The notes under the pieces: generated by a model | Seen by the model: only the letters and a program-made list of their open reading frames with translations | What the model was told of the DNA's origin: nothing | Databases searched by the model: none | Made by a program: the position numbers and the translations under genes | Part shown: positions 17,054-25,808 of the stretch, piece after piece | Numbering within the stretch: position 1 is the first letter of the stretch | How the letters are laid out: every line of letters starts with the position of its first letter | From: Eubacteriales bacterium | Lineage (GTDB): Bacteria; Bacillota; Clostridia; Oscillospirales; CAG-272 | NCBI GenBank assembly: GCA_045632145.1 | Contig: JAZQWB010000030.1 | Coordinates: 48,333 to 112,332 of the forward strand | Reading direction: 5' to 3' | Length of the DNA stretch: 64,000 nt

Positions 17054-19326
17054 GCCATCTCTCCTGCTTGAACAGATTCCATGGCTTCTGCCTCCTTAAC
17101 AGTAACGGGAGGCTGGGTGTTTCCGTCTATCATGCTCATATAGAACTTTTCAAGAGGAATGCCACTTTCTTTGATTTCTGCTACAGTTTTAGTGCAGAGA
17201 ATCTGACCCTTGCGGATAATAGCAATTCTGTCACAAATATTTTCAACAACGTCGATGATATGGCTGGAGAAGAATACGAGGTTACCGCGAGCCGCGTGCT
17301 CCTTCATACACTCCTTAACCTGGAAGATAGACTCGGGGTCAAGACCTGTAAGAGGTTCGTCAAGAATCCAAATCTTTGGATTATGGACAAGGGCAGACAT
17401 AATGGTAATCTTCTGCTTCATACCGTGAGAGTATGTTTTCATAGGGTTATCAATGGCTGCTTCAAGACGGAATCTTTCTACGTATTCGGAGATTCTGGCA
17501 TCTCTGTCTTCCTTAGAAACGTTGTAAAGGTCTGCGATATAGTTGATATACTCTCTGCCCGAGAGGTTTTCGTAAAGAGCATAGTGGTCGGGAACAAAGC
17601 CGATCTGCATCTTTGCTTCAACAGACTGCTTGTTAACGTCAAAGCCGGAGACCTCGATTTCACCCGAGGTAATGGTCTGAATACCAACTATGGTCTTGAT
17701 GATTGTGGATTTACCTGCACCGTTGGGACCAAGGAAGCCGAAAATCTGTCCGCCATCGATCTCGAGGTTTGCTTTATATACAGCGTAAACGTCGCTGGTT
17801 GAATATCTCTTTGAGAAATCGCGAAGGATAAGCTTGCCTTCGTTTTGAGGATTTAAGGGTTCCTGCATGCTTCTACCTGCAAGCTGTGCCTCAAGAGCGA
17901 GTCTGTCGGCTTTAATCTTGCGGTTCCTTTCAGTAATAATATCGTTAATATCTGTAATTTCAAATACCTGCTCGTATACAAACCACATTGCAAGCGAAAG
18001 CAATACGTAAGCAATAAAATACAAAAGCTGATATACGGGGTAGAATATGAATGTGTATTCTTTGAAGGGAATTTTGATTACAATGTCACGAAGATCTTCT
18101 GCCCATTCACCAAGTTTTGAAGCAACAAAATCTGTATTAATGAAGAAGAAGTCGGTGGCGTGACCTATGCCTGTGCAAATAGCATTGGCGATAAGGACTA
18201 TCAAATAGTATCCAAAGAACCCGACGAGCGAATAAACAAACTGCTTGAATTTAGGTCTTTCGAATATTCCAAGGCTCATCATTAACAGGGGGAGAAGCAT
18301 AGCAATGTAATGAGTATTCCAGAATTCAACCGAAATGCTGGACAACCAATGTGTGCTATCGCTTAAGTTAGGGAGTATCATTGCAATCAACGCACCGAAT
18401 ACGTTGATAAAAATAGTGAAGTAATAGAGCTTGTCCAACTTGAATATGAGAATAATAGGAAGAATGAACAAAGCAAGATTGCAAAGGTGGAGAGGCCACT
18501 GATAAATTTTTCCAAAGGTAGAGAAATCATATCTATAGGAGAAGTTTATCATGGTTGCCATACTGATATAGATAAGTGCGTATCTTTTCTGATCGTACTC
18601 ACATCCTTTAAAGAGGAAGTGAAGAGCAAGACCAAAAAGGGGAATAACGTAAATGAAAAGTCTGTGAGCTAAAGTAAAGTCTTTAACAACAAAATCATAG
18701 GGATGACCAAAGATAGCTTGAGGCGCCCAGCTAGGCATTGCAACAACAAGCATGCCGAGGAAAATAGCCACTGACATAAGATGCTGTTTAACGGAAAGTT
18801 TTATCTGCTTAAGGTCGAAGAGGCTAAACAGGGAAAGAGCAAGACCTACACCAATTTCAAGTGCAAACGCAAGAAGTCTGTAGTGGAATTCCTCAAATCC
18901 ATCACCATTAAGAGCGCGGTTCAGGGTAGGAATGAAAATAAGAGATAAAGCGTAAACCGCTGTGCCACCGAACTTTACCACAGGACCCACACAAGGAACG
19001 TGCTTTTCAAAGAAGGGGAAGGTAACCTCTGCGAGCTGTACAGCAAAAATAAGCCACAAAAGAACTATCGACAAGAATGTTTCGGGAATACCGTGAACTC
19101 CGAAGGGGGAGAACTGGTTCAGACCAATAGTTGACTGAATCTTAGGCACTCCACCAAGGAAACGAACAAAGAAAAGTGCACCGTATATTAATGCTACAAA
19201 CTGCTTGTTGGTCAATTTAGAACCAAAAATGCTTTTATCCTTACAGAAAAACAAAAAACTAAAGACAGCAAGGCAAGCAATTATTGCCGAGCCGTAATAC
19301 ATAAATGACAAGTTGATTTCCTCCAA
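17050..19326 (-). CDS. fusion protein: ~480-aa polytopic membrane domain (YwaF/TIGR02206-like, WPLHLCN) + C-terminal ABC ATPase
   Basis: GPNGAGKS, YSHGMKQK, IWILDEP, SSH. The start is ambiguous: TTG 19326, TTG 19311 (GGAGG 8 nt upstream) or ATG 19302. Confidence 0.88.
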   Translation of the reverse strand: MEEINLSFMYYGSAIIACLAVFSFLFFCKDKSIFGSKLTNKQFVALIYGALFFVRFLGGVPKIQSTIGLNQFSPFGVHGIPETFLSIVLLWLIFAVQLAEVTFPFFEKHVPCVGPVVKFGGTAVYALSLIFIPTLNRALNGDGFEEFHYRLLAFALEIGVGLALSLFSLFDLKQIKLSVKQHLMSVAIFLGMLVVAMPSWAPQAIFGHPYDFVVKDFTLAHRLFIYVIPLFGLALHFLFKGCEYDQKRYALIYISMATMINFSYRYDFSTFGKIYQWPLHLCNLALFILPIILIFKLDKLYYFTIFINVFGALIAMILPNLSDSTHWLSSISVEFWNTHYIAMLLPLLMMSLGIFERPKFKQFVYSLVGFFGYYLIVLIANAICTGIGHATDFFFINTDFVASKLGEWAEDLRDIVIKIPFKEYTFIFYPVYQLLYFIAYVLLSLAMWFVYEQVFEITDINDIITERNRKIKADRLALEAQLAGRSMQEPLNPQNEGKLILRDFSKRYSTSDVYAVYKANLEIDGGQIFGFLGPNGAGKSTIIKTIVGIQTITSGEIEVSGFDVNKQSVEAKMQIGFVPDHYALYENLSGREYINYIADLYNVSKEDRDARISEYVERFRLEAAIDNPMKTYSHGMKQKITIMSALVHNPKIWILDEPLTGLDPESIFQVKECMKEHAARGNLVFFSSHIIDVVENICDRIAIIRKGQILCTKTVAEIKESGIPLEKFYMSMIDGNTQPPVTVKEAEAMESVQAGEMA

Positions 19327-19374
19327 AACCTATGCTAAACGACACAAAATGTCGAAATATTATTTCACGCTATC

Positions 19375-19403
19375 ATTTTATCACAAATAATTACAAAAGT
19401 AAA
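19375..19403 (-). promoter_or_regulatory. candidate sigma-A promoter of the ABC operon (TTTACT-17-TGaTAAAAT)
   Basis: The minus strand reads tttact tttgtaattatttgtga taaaat. Confidence 0.4.
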
Positions 19404-19483
19404 TATTAATTAATTTATTTAATAATTTTTAATAATTAGAATACTTAGTAAATATTTCTTTCAAAAAAAGTGCAAAATAGGGG

Positions 19484-19512
19484 TTGATTTTTTGGATTTT
19501 ATGTGCTATAAT
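19484..19512 (+). promoter_or_regulatory. sigma-A promoter of metK leader (TTGATT-17-TGcTATAAT)
   Basis: ttgatt ttttggattttatgtgc tataat, about 20 nt upstream of the riboswitch. Confidence 0.65.
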
Positions 19513-19533
19513 AGGCAAGAAAATAAAATAATG

Positions 19534-19613
19534 CTTATCAAGAGTGGCGGAGGGACTGGCCCTATGAAACCCGGCAACCTGTTTTTTCAAGGTGCTAAAT
19601 CCCGATAGATGAG
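19534..19613 (+). promoter_or_regulatory. SAM-I (S-box) riboswitch aptamer, unusually short (no P4 hairpin evident)
   Basis: CTTATCAAGAGTGGCGGAGGGACTGGCCCTATGAAACCCGGCAACC...AAGGTGCTAAATCC..AGATGAG matches the S-box core; located upstream of metK. Confidence 0.9.
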
Positions 19614-19623
19614 TTATGCTCTA

Positions 19624-19662
19624 AAGCTCGGGAGGAATGCCATCTTCCGAGCTTTTGATTTT
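19624..19662 (+). terminator. riboswitch expression-platform terminator
   Basis: aagctcgggag-gaatgccat-cttccgagctt followed by ttgatttt, 16 nt before the metK ATG. Confidence 0.8.
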
Positions 19663-19677
19663 CTGAAAGGTGAAAAA

Positions 19678-20859
19678 ATGAAAAAGATTCTCTTTACTTC
19701 CGAGTCCGTAACTGAAGGACATCCCGACAAAATTTGTGACAAAATTTCCGATGCTATTCTTGACGAGATGCTTGCACAGGACCCTATGTCCCGTGTTGCT
19801 TGTGAGACCTTTGCTACTACCGGTATTATTACCGTAATGGGCGAAATTACCACACAGGCTCGCGTTGATATCCAGGATATCGTACGTAAGACCGTTGCTG
19901 AGATTGGCTATGACAGAGCAAAGTATGGCTTTGATGCTACTACCTGCGCGGTGCTCAGCTCTATTCACGAGCAGAGTGCTGACATCGCTCTTGGCGTTGA
20001 CAAGTGCCTTGAGGCTAAGGAGGGTGAGCTTAACGATGAGCTTGATACAGGTGCAGGTGACCAGGGTCTTATGTTTGGTTACGCGTGTGACGAGACTCCC
20101 GAGCTAATGCCTCTCCCCATTTCTCTTGCTCACAAGCTTGCGAAGCGTCTTACCGAGGTAAGAAAGAACGGTACTCTCAACTATCTCCGTCCCGACGGAA
20201 AGACTCAGGTTACTGTTGAATACGTTGACGGTGTTCCTACCAGAATTGATACTATCGTAGTTTCCTCTCAGCACTCTGCAGAGATTGATTCTGCTACCAT
20301 CCGTAAGGATATTATTGACAAGGTTATTCTTCCTATTATTCCTTCCGAGCTTCTTGACGGTAAGGTTAATATCTACGTTAACCCCACGGGCAGATTTGTA
20401 ATCGGTGGTCCTCAGGGTGACACAGGTCTTACCGGTAGAAAGATCATTGTAGATACATACGGTGGATATTCTCGTCACGGTGGCGGTGCATTCTCCGGTA
20501 AAGACCCCACAAAGGTTGACCGCAGTGCATCCTATGCCGCTAGATACGTTGCAAAGAATATCGTTAAGGCTGGTCTTGCAAAAAAGTGCGAGGTGCAGAT
20601 TGCATATGCTATCGGTATTGCAAAGCCCGTATCCGTTATGATCGATACCTTTGGTACCGCAACCGTTGATGAGGAGAAGATTGTTAATGCTGTAAACCAG
20701 CTTGTTGACCTTCGTCCTGCTGCAATTATCAAGAAGTTTGAGCTTCGCAAGCCCATCTACAAGCAGCTTGCTGCATATGGCCATATGGGTAGAGAAGAGC
20801 TTGGTGTAAAGTGGGAAGAGTGCGATATTGCAGATCAGCTCAAGGCTCTTTGCAACTAA
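19678..20859 (+). CDS. metK: S-adenosylmethionine synthase
   Basis: [21 protein letters not shown]..., [38 protein letters not shown]. The ORF-track start at 19609 lies inside the riboswitch. Confidence 0.96.
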   Translation: MKKILFTSESVTEGHPDKICDKISDAILDEMLAQDPMSRVACETFATTGIITVMGEITTQARVDIQDIVRKTVAEIGYDRAKYGFDATTCAVLSSIHEQSADIALGVDKCLEAKEGELNDELDTGAGDQGLMFGYACDETPELMPLPISLAHKLAKRLTEVRKNGTLNYLRPDGKTQVTVEYVDGVPTRIDTIVVSSQHSAEIDSATIRKDIIDKVILPIIPSELLDGKVNIYVNPTGRFVIGGPQGDTGLTGRKIIVDTYGGYSRHGGGAFSGKDPTKVDRSASYAARYVAKNIVKAGLAKKCEVQIAYAIGIAKPVSVMIDTFGTATVDEEKIVNAVNQLVDLRPAAIIKKFELRKPIYKQLAAYGHMGREELGVKWEECDIADQLKALCN

Positions 20860-20886
20860 TTCTTTACAATTATTATATATAAGCAA

Positions 20887-20928
20887 AGCGCAAGTGAACC
20901 GTAGAGATTCACTTGCGCTGATTTTTTT
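20887..20928. terminator. terminator between convergent metK and ruvB
   Basis: agcgcaagtgaa...ttcacttgcgct followed by gattttttt. Confidence 0.8.
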
Positions 20929-22009
20929 AGTTGTCTAAATCAAATATTTTCTGTCCGAGAAGCTGTGCTGATCCATTGCTTGTTGATACGAAGGGAATAC
21001 CAAGATGATCGTATGCAAGCTTGGTAACGCATCTGCCTCGGGGAGTTCTTGCCAAGAAGCCGATCTGCATAAGATAGGGCTCATAAACGTCCTCGATGGT
21101 AACGGTTTCCTCGCCGATTGTTGCAGCGAGGGTATCAAGTCCCACAGGACCTCCTCCATAATATTTAATGATAGCTTCGAGAAGACGTCTGTCGATGTTG
21201 TCAAGTCCAAGCTCATCAATTTCGAGAGCCTCAAGTGCATAGTTTGCAATATCGGATGTAATTACACCGTTACCCTTAACCAAGGCAAAATCGCGGACTC
21301 TCTTAAGCAGTCTGTTTGCGATTCTTGGTGTGCCTCTGGAACGGGATGCAATTCCGTATGCTCCGTCATCGGTGATGGGGATTTCAAGAATAGATGCCGA
21401 ACGTTTTACGATTGTTGCAAGCTCCTCAGCTGAGTAAAGCTCAAGCTTCAAAAGAACACCGAATCTATCACGCAGGGGAGTAGTAAGCTGACCTGCACGA
21501 GTGGTAGCACCAATAAGAGTAAACTTGGGAATTGGCATATGGATAGTACGGGCACTAGGGCCCTTACCAATTATAATATCCAATGCATAATCCTCCATAG
21601 CGGGGTAGAGGATTTCCTCTGCAACTCTGGAGAGACGGTGAATCTCGTCAATAAAAAGAACGTCACCGGGGGCAAGGTTGGTAAGTATTGCCGCAAGATC
21701 TCCTGCCTTTTCAATTGCAGGACCTGATGTAGTACGGATGTTTACACCCATTTCATTTGCAATAATAGCAGAAAGGGTAGTTTTACCGAGACCGGGAGGG
21801 CCATAGAGAAGCACGTGGTCAAGCGGCTCCTGACGAAGCTTTGCACTTTCGATATAAACCTTAAGATTAGACTTCGCTTTTTCCTGTCCGATATATTCGG
21901 TTAATGTTTTCGGACGGAGATAGTTTTCAACGTCACCGTCTGCGGTGGAATCATATTCATTTGATAGAATTCGATTTTCAAAATCAAATTCGTTTACTTC
22001 TTCCATCAT
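20927..22009 (-). CDS. ruvB: Holliday junction branch migration helicase RuvB
   Basis: [23 protein letters not shown]...[15 protein letters not shown]...FIDEIHRL. Confidence 0.96.
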   Translation of the reverse strand: MMEEVNEFDFENRILSNEYDSTADGDVENYLRPKTLTEYIGQEKAKSNLKVYIESAKLRQEPLDHVLLYGPPGLGKTTLSAIIANEMGVNIRTTSGPAIEKAGDLAAILTNLAPGDVLFIDEIHRLSRVAEEILYPAMEDYALDIIIGKGPSARTIHMPIPKFTLIGATTRAGQLTTPLRDRFGVLLKLELYSAEELATIVKRSASILEIPITDDGAYGIASRSRGTPRIANRLLKRVRDFALVKGNGVITSDIANYALEALEIDELGLDNIDRRLLEAIIKYYGGGPVGLDTLAATIGEETVTIEDVYEPYLMQIGFLARTPRGRCVTKLAYDHLGIPFVSTSNGSAQLLGQKIFDLDN

Positions 22010-22030
22010 AAATAAACAGTTCCTTTCTGA

Positions 22031-22645
22031 TTATCGTGTCAGGCTCTTAAGAGCGTGCTTGATTATTTCACCAACATCTGTTATGGCAGGATCAACCTTC
22101 TTGAGGGATGCGGTGATTGTTGCTTTATCATACCCAAGAACAGCAAGTGCCTCGGAGGCTTCGGAAAATGCTGAATTTGACATATAAGATGCGGCAGAAT
22201 CGCTAGTGCCCGCGTTTATGATAGCATCGTCAAGCATTTCCTTGGACATTTTATCCTTAAGCTCAAGTATAATTCTTGCCGCGGATTTTGCTCCGATTCC
22301 GGGGGATTTAGCAATAGCCTTTGCGTCGTTTGTGCATATGGCAACTGCGAGCTTATCTGGGGACATGGTAGAGAGTATGCTCATTGCGGCCTTAGGGCCT
22401 ATTCCACTTACTGTAGTAAGCTTGTTGAAGCATTCCTTCTCTTCGTATGAGCCAAATCCAAAGAGCTCAACATCATCCTCACGTACGGCAAGGTGAGTGT
22501 AAAGCTTAACCTCTTTACCAAGCTTAGTTATACATGCCTCGGACGTAAGATAGCTTACAGTAAGCTTGTATCCAACGCCGCCACAGTCGATAACACAGGT
22601 GTTTTGGTTTCTATATTCAAGCTGTCCTTTAAGATAATAAAACAT
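22031..22645 (-). CDS. ruvA: Holliday junction DNA-binding protein RuvA
   Basis: MFYYLKGQL...GVGYKL...F.L.TVSGIGPKAAMSIL; located upstream of ruvB. Confidence 0.93.
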   Translation of the reverse strand: MFYYLKGQLEYRNQNTCVIDCGGVGYKLTVSYLTSEACITKLGKEVKLYTHLAVREDDVELFGFGSYEEKECFNKLTTVSGIGPKAAMSILSTMSPDKLAVAICTNDAKAIAKSPGIGAKSAARIILELKDKMSKEMLDDAIINAGTSDSAASYMSNSAFSEASEALAVLGYDKATITASLKKVDPAITDVGEIIKHALKSLTR

Positions 22646-22912
22646 AAAAAAGCACCTTTCTTAATCGGATATGTCAATAAATGTTTGCAAAAACAGTCAA
22701 AACCAAAGAAATCATGTCTTGTTTAGACCTCTAACAATCAACAAAATCGTTTGTTGATTTTTGCAAAAAAAACAACATTTTCTAACACCTATATCATATC
22801 ATAAAAAAAATCTTTTTGCAACATAAAAATTGAAAAACATTGGCCGAATTTATATGATTTTTGTTATTGATGCATAAAAATGCAGAAAATGAATAATTTA
22901 AGGTTAAATTGG

Positions 22913-22941
22913 TTGACTTTTTAATTTTTATATAGTATAAT
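22913..22941 (+). promoter_or_regulatory. sigma-A promoter of nusB operon (TTGACT-17-TATAAT)
   Basis: ttgact ttttaatttttatatag tataat. Confidence 0.65.
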
Positions 22942-22977
22942 AAATTATATTTTATAAATTTTAAGAGGTTTTATATT

Positions 22978-23379
22978 ATGCAAAGAAAATTAGCGAGAGA
23001 AAACGCGTTTATTCTCATCTTCGAAAGCATTTGCAAGAAGGATGAGTGCGCTGAAGAGATTTTTGAAAAGGCAACTATGGTTCGTGAGCTTGAAACCGAT
23101 GATTATGTAAGAAACGTTTTCTTCGGCTCTTGTGAGCAGGCCGCACTTATTGATGAGAAGATGGAGCCTCACCTTAAGGGGTGGAAGAAGGAGAGAATTT
23201 CTCCCGTTTCCATGGCAATTCTTCGTCTTGGCTGCTATGAGATGCTTTTCCTCACAGACATTCCTACTCGTGTAACAATTAATGAGGCGATTGAGCTTGC
23301 TAAGAAGTATGACGATGAAAAGTCCTATTCCTTTGTGAACGGTGTACTTAATTCCTTCTCCAAGGCAATTGCGGAGTGA
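22978..23379 (+). CDS. nusB: transcription antitermination factor NusB
   Basis: RKLARENAFILIF...INEAIELAKKYDDEKSYSFVNGVLNSF. Confidence 0.92.
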   Translation: MQRKLARENAFILIFESICKKDECAEEIFEKATMVRELETDDYVRNVFFGSCEQAALIDEKMEPHLKGWKKERISPVSMAILRLGCYEMLFLTDIPTRVTINEAIELAKKYDDEKSYSFVNGVLNSFSKAIAE

Positions 23380-24338
23380 TGGATAAACAAAAGGTTGTGC
23401 TCGGTATAGACTGCAGTAATTATACTACGTCTGTATCGGTGCTTTCGATAGACGGGGAGCTTATAGCTAATATCAAAAAGCTTCTACGTGTTAAGCATGG
23501 TGAAAGAGGACTTCGTCAGTCTGATGCAGTTTTTGCACATACTGTAAATATTCCCGAGCTTATGGATCTTGCCAAGACTCATCTTGAGGGGCGAGAGATT
23601 GTTGCTGTGGGTGTAAGCGATAAGCCCAGAAACCAAGAGGGCTCTTATATGCCTTGCTTCCTCTGTGGTGTTGCTGCTGCTACAAGCATTGCTACCGCAC
23701 TTGGAGTGCCAATGTATCGCTTTTCTCATCAGTGCGGGCATATTATGGCTGCAATTTATTCCTCGGGTTACACCGAGCTTCTTGATGGGGAATTCGGAGC
23801 TTTTCATATTTCTGGAGGAACGACCGAGCTTGTACGTGTTACTCCAGATGCTCTTGGATTTAAGGCCGAGCTTATCGGTGGCACCCTTGATCTCAACGCA
23901 GGGCAGGTAATCGACCGTATAGGAGTATATCTTGGTATGCATTTTCCTGCAGGACCTGCGCTTGAGGCAGAAGCCTTGAAAAATACGAAGAAGATACCAA
24001 AGAAGAAGATTTCATCTGTTGGTGCTGCTGTTAATCTTTCAGGCCTTGAAAATATGGCTATTAAGCTTTATTCCGAGACCGAGGATAAGGCCTTGACCGC
24101 TGCCTTCGTTTTTGATTATCTTGGAAGAGCAATTTCTACCATGATTGAGGCATACCAGGATAAATACGGAGAAGGCAAGATCGTATGCGCCGGCGGAGTT
24201 ATGTGTAATTCTATAATAAAAAATATGCTTTCAAGTAAGTACGACGTATGCTTTGCCGAGCCGGCTATGTCGGCCGATAATGCGGTTGGTATTGCTTCGC
24301 TTACCTTGAGAGCTTATAAAACGGAGAACAATTTGTGA
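23376..24338 (+). CDS. Kae1/TsaD (glycoprotease, ASKHA-fold) family paralogue
   Basis: VLGIDCSNYTTSV, SHQCGHIMAA (HxxxH), HISGGTTEL, AGGVMCNS, SADNAVGIA. ATGA overlap with nusB. Confidence 0.6.
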   Translation: MMDKQKVVLGIDCSNYTTSVSVLSIDGELIANIKKLLRVKHGERGLRQSDAVFAHTVNIPELMDLAKTHLEGREIVAVGVSDKPRNQEGSYMPCFLCGVAAATSIATALGVPMYRFSHQCGHIMAAIYSSGYTELLDGEFGAFHISGGTTELVRVTPDALGFKAELIGGTLDLNAGQVIDRIGVYLGMHFPAGPALEAEALKNTKKIPKKKISSVGAAVNLSGLENMAIKLYSETEDKALTAAFVFDYLGRAISTMIEAYQDKYGEGKIVCAGGVMCNSIIKNMLSSKYDVCFAEPAMSADNAVGIASLTLRAYKTENNL

Positions 24339-25582
24339 TTGATATAAATTCTCTCAGAGAACGGGATAATACCGAGATTTTTTCGGTTGCCGAGCTGAAC
24401 AATTACATCAAAAGCATATTTGAAAATAATCGTACGTTATCCTCTGTGAGCATTAGAGGTGAAATATCTAATTTTGTTAATCACAGAAGCGGACATCTGT
24501 ATTTTTCACTTAAGGATGCGGAAGGGCAGATCAGGGCTGTAATGTTCAGATCGCGTGCTATGACTTTAAAATTTCAGCCCGAATCGGGCATGAAGGTTAT
24601 TGTTCATGGCTCTGTGACTGTTTACCCTCGTGACGGATCCTACCAGATTTACGTAACCTCAATGCAGCCTGACGGTATAGGTGCTCTTTACCTCGCTTAT
24701 GAGCAGCTTAAGGCGCGTCTTGCCGAGGAGGGATTGTTTGATGAGGAGAACAAAAAGCCTATTCCTATTATTCCTCGCAGGATTGGTGTAATTACATCTC
24801 CCACAGGCGCGGCTGTACGCGATATTATTAACGTTACAGGAAGAAGATACCCGGGAGCTGATTTGTTTATTTATCCTGCTTTGGTTCAGGGAGAAGGTGC
24901 AGAGCAGAGCCTTATCAAAGCCCTTGATTATCTTGACAATAGCCGTCTTTGCGACGTTATAATTATCGGTCGAGGCGGTGGATCTATCGAGGATCTTTGG
25001 GCATTTAACGGTGAGGGATTAGCTAGGAGAATATTCGCAGCTACCACACCTATTATTTCTGCCGTTGGTCACGAGACAGACTTTACTATTTGTGATTTCG
25101 TTGCTGACCTTCGTGCACCCACCCCGTCTGCCGCTGCAGAAATTGCTGTGCCTGATACAAGAGATTTGATGCTCAGGATAGATTCTTATGACGAAAGACT
25201 TGCTATTGCCTTGAAGAGGCGGGTTGAAAGAGCTAGAGAAAGGCTCGCCAGCCTTGCTCACTCTACCGATAAGAGCAGGATATTTACACTTTTGGACAAC
25301 AAACGCCAGAGCCTTATGTATCTTGATGAAAAATCTCGATTTTTGGCTAACGGTGTGCTTAATAAAGCAAGAGAAGTTCTTTCAAAAAATGCGGCTCGCG
25401 TAGATGCATTGAGTCCGCTTTCTACACTTTCCCGAGGATATTCCATAGCAGAAAAGAATGGCAAGACTGTGAAAAGTGTAAATGAGCTTAAGGTTGGCGA
25501 TACCGTTTCGTTAAGAGTTTTTGACGGTAATGCCAGATTAAATGTAATGGAGATAAGAAAGGAGAAGGATAACTGTGACTGA
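24335..25582 (+). CDS. xseA: exodeoxyribonuclease VII large subunit
   Basis: GTG start with GGAGAA RBS. SVSIRGEISNF..HRSGHLYFSLKD OB fold; RIGVITSPTGAAVRDI; IIIGRGGGSIEDLWAFN. Confidence 0.94.
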   Translation: MIDINSLRERDNTEIFSVAELNNYIKSIFENNRTLSSVSIRGEISNFVNHRSGHLYFSLKDAEGQIRAVMFRSRAMTLKFQPESGMKVIVHGSVTVYPRDGSYQIYVTSMQPDGIGALYLAYEQLKARLAEEGLFDEENKKPIPIIPRRIGVITSPTGAAVRDIINVTGRRYPGADLFIYPALVQGEGAEQSLIKALDYLDNSRLCDVIIIGRGGGSIEDLWAFNGEGLARRIFAATTPIISAVGHETDFTICDFVADLRAPTPSAAAEIAVPDTRDLMLRIDSYDERLAIALKRRVERARERLASLAHSTDKSRIFTLLDNKRQSLMYLDEKSRFLANGVLNKAREVLSKNAARVDALSPLSTLSRGYSIAEKNGKTVKSVNELKVGDTVSLRVFDGNARLNVMEIRKEKDNCD

Positions 25583-25808
25583 TTTTAACTTTGAGGAAGC
25601 CTTAAAAAAGCTCGAGGATGAGGTTAAAAGACTTGAGAGCGGTAATATGAGTCTCGATGAGTCTATTGCATCCTTCGAGGAAGCGGTTAAGCTTGTCAGA
25701 ATTTGTAATGAGAAGCTGGAGCAGGCAGAAAGAAAGGTTGCGCTTTTAACAGAAATGAGTGACGGTACAGTTACTGACGTACCTTTTGCTGTTGACGATG
25801 AGGCTTGA
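25575..25808 (+). CDS. xseB: exodeoxyribonuclease VII small subunit
   Basis: FEEALKKLEDEVKRLESGNMSLDESIASFEEAVKL...C.EKLEQAE; GTG start overlapping the xseA end. Confidence 0.9.
   Translation: MTDFNFEEALKKLEDEVKRLESGNMSLDESIASFEEAVKLVRICNEKLEQAERKVALLTEMSDGTVTDVPFAVDDEA

Noticed and set aside
19609-19677. ORF-track start of metK at 19609 ([10 protein letters not shown]...)
   Set aside because: This extension runs through the SAM riboswitch P1 strand and the terminator hairpin. The conserved MetK N-terminus ([18 protein letters not shown]) begins at 19678, behind an AAAGGTG RBS.
19581-19678. Complementarity between the riboswitch P3 loop (TTTTTTCA) and the metK RBS-proximal TGAAAAAA
   Set aside because: It is only an 8-nt A/T homopolymer-like match, which is expected by chance in AT-rich leaders. 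The terminator already provides an expression platform.
22736-22768. Orphan hairpin aatcaacaaa-atcg-tttgttgatt plus a short T tract in the ruvA/nusB divergent region; possible sRNA terminator
   Set aside because: The stem has only two G:C pairs and only about 3 extra T follow it. I could find no convincing upstream promoter on the plus strand. It probably lies within the ruvA 5' UTR or promoter region. The recurring TTGCAAAAA strings nearby are low-complexity AT-rich sequence.
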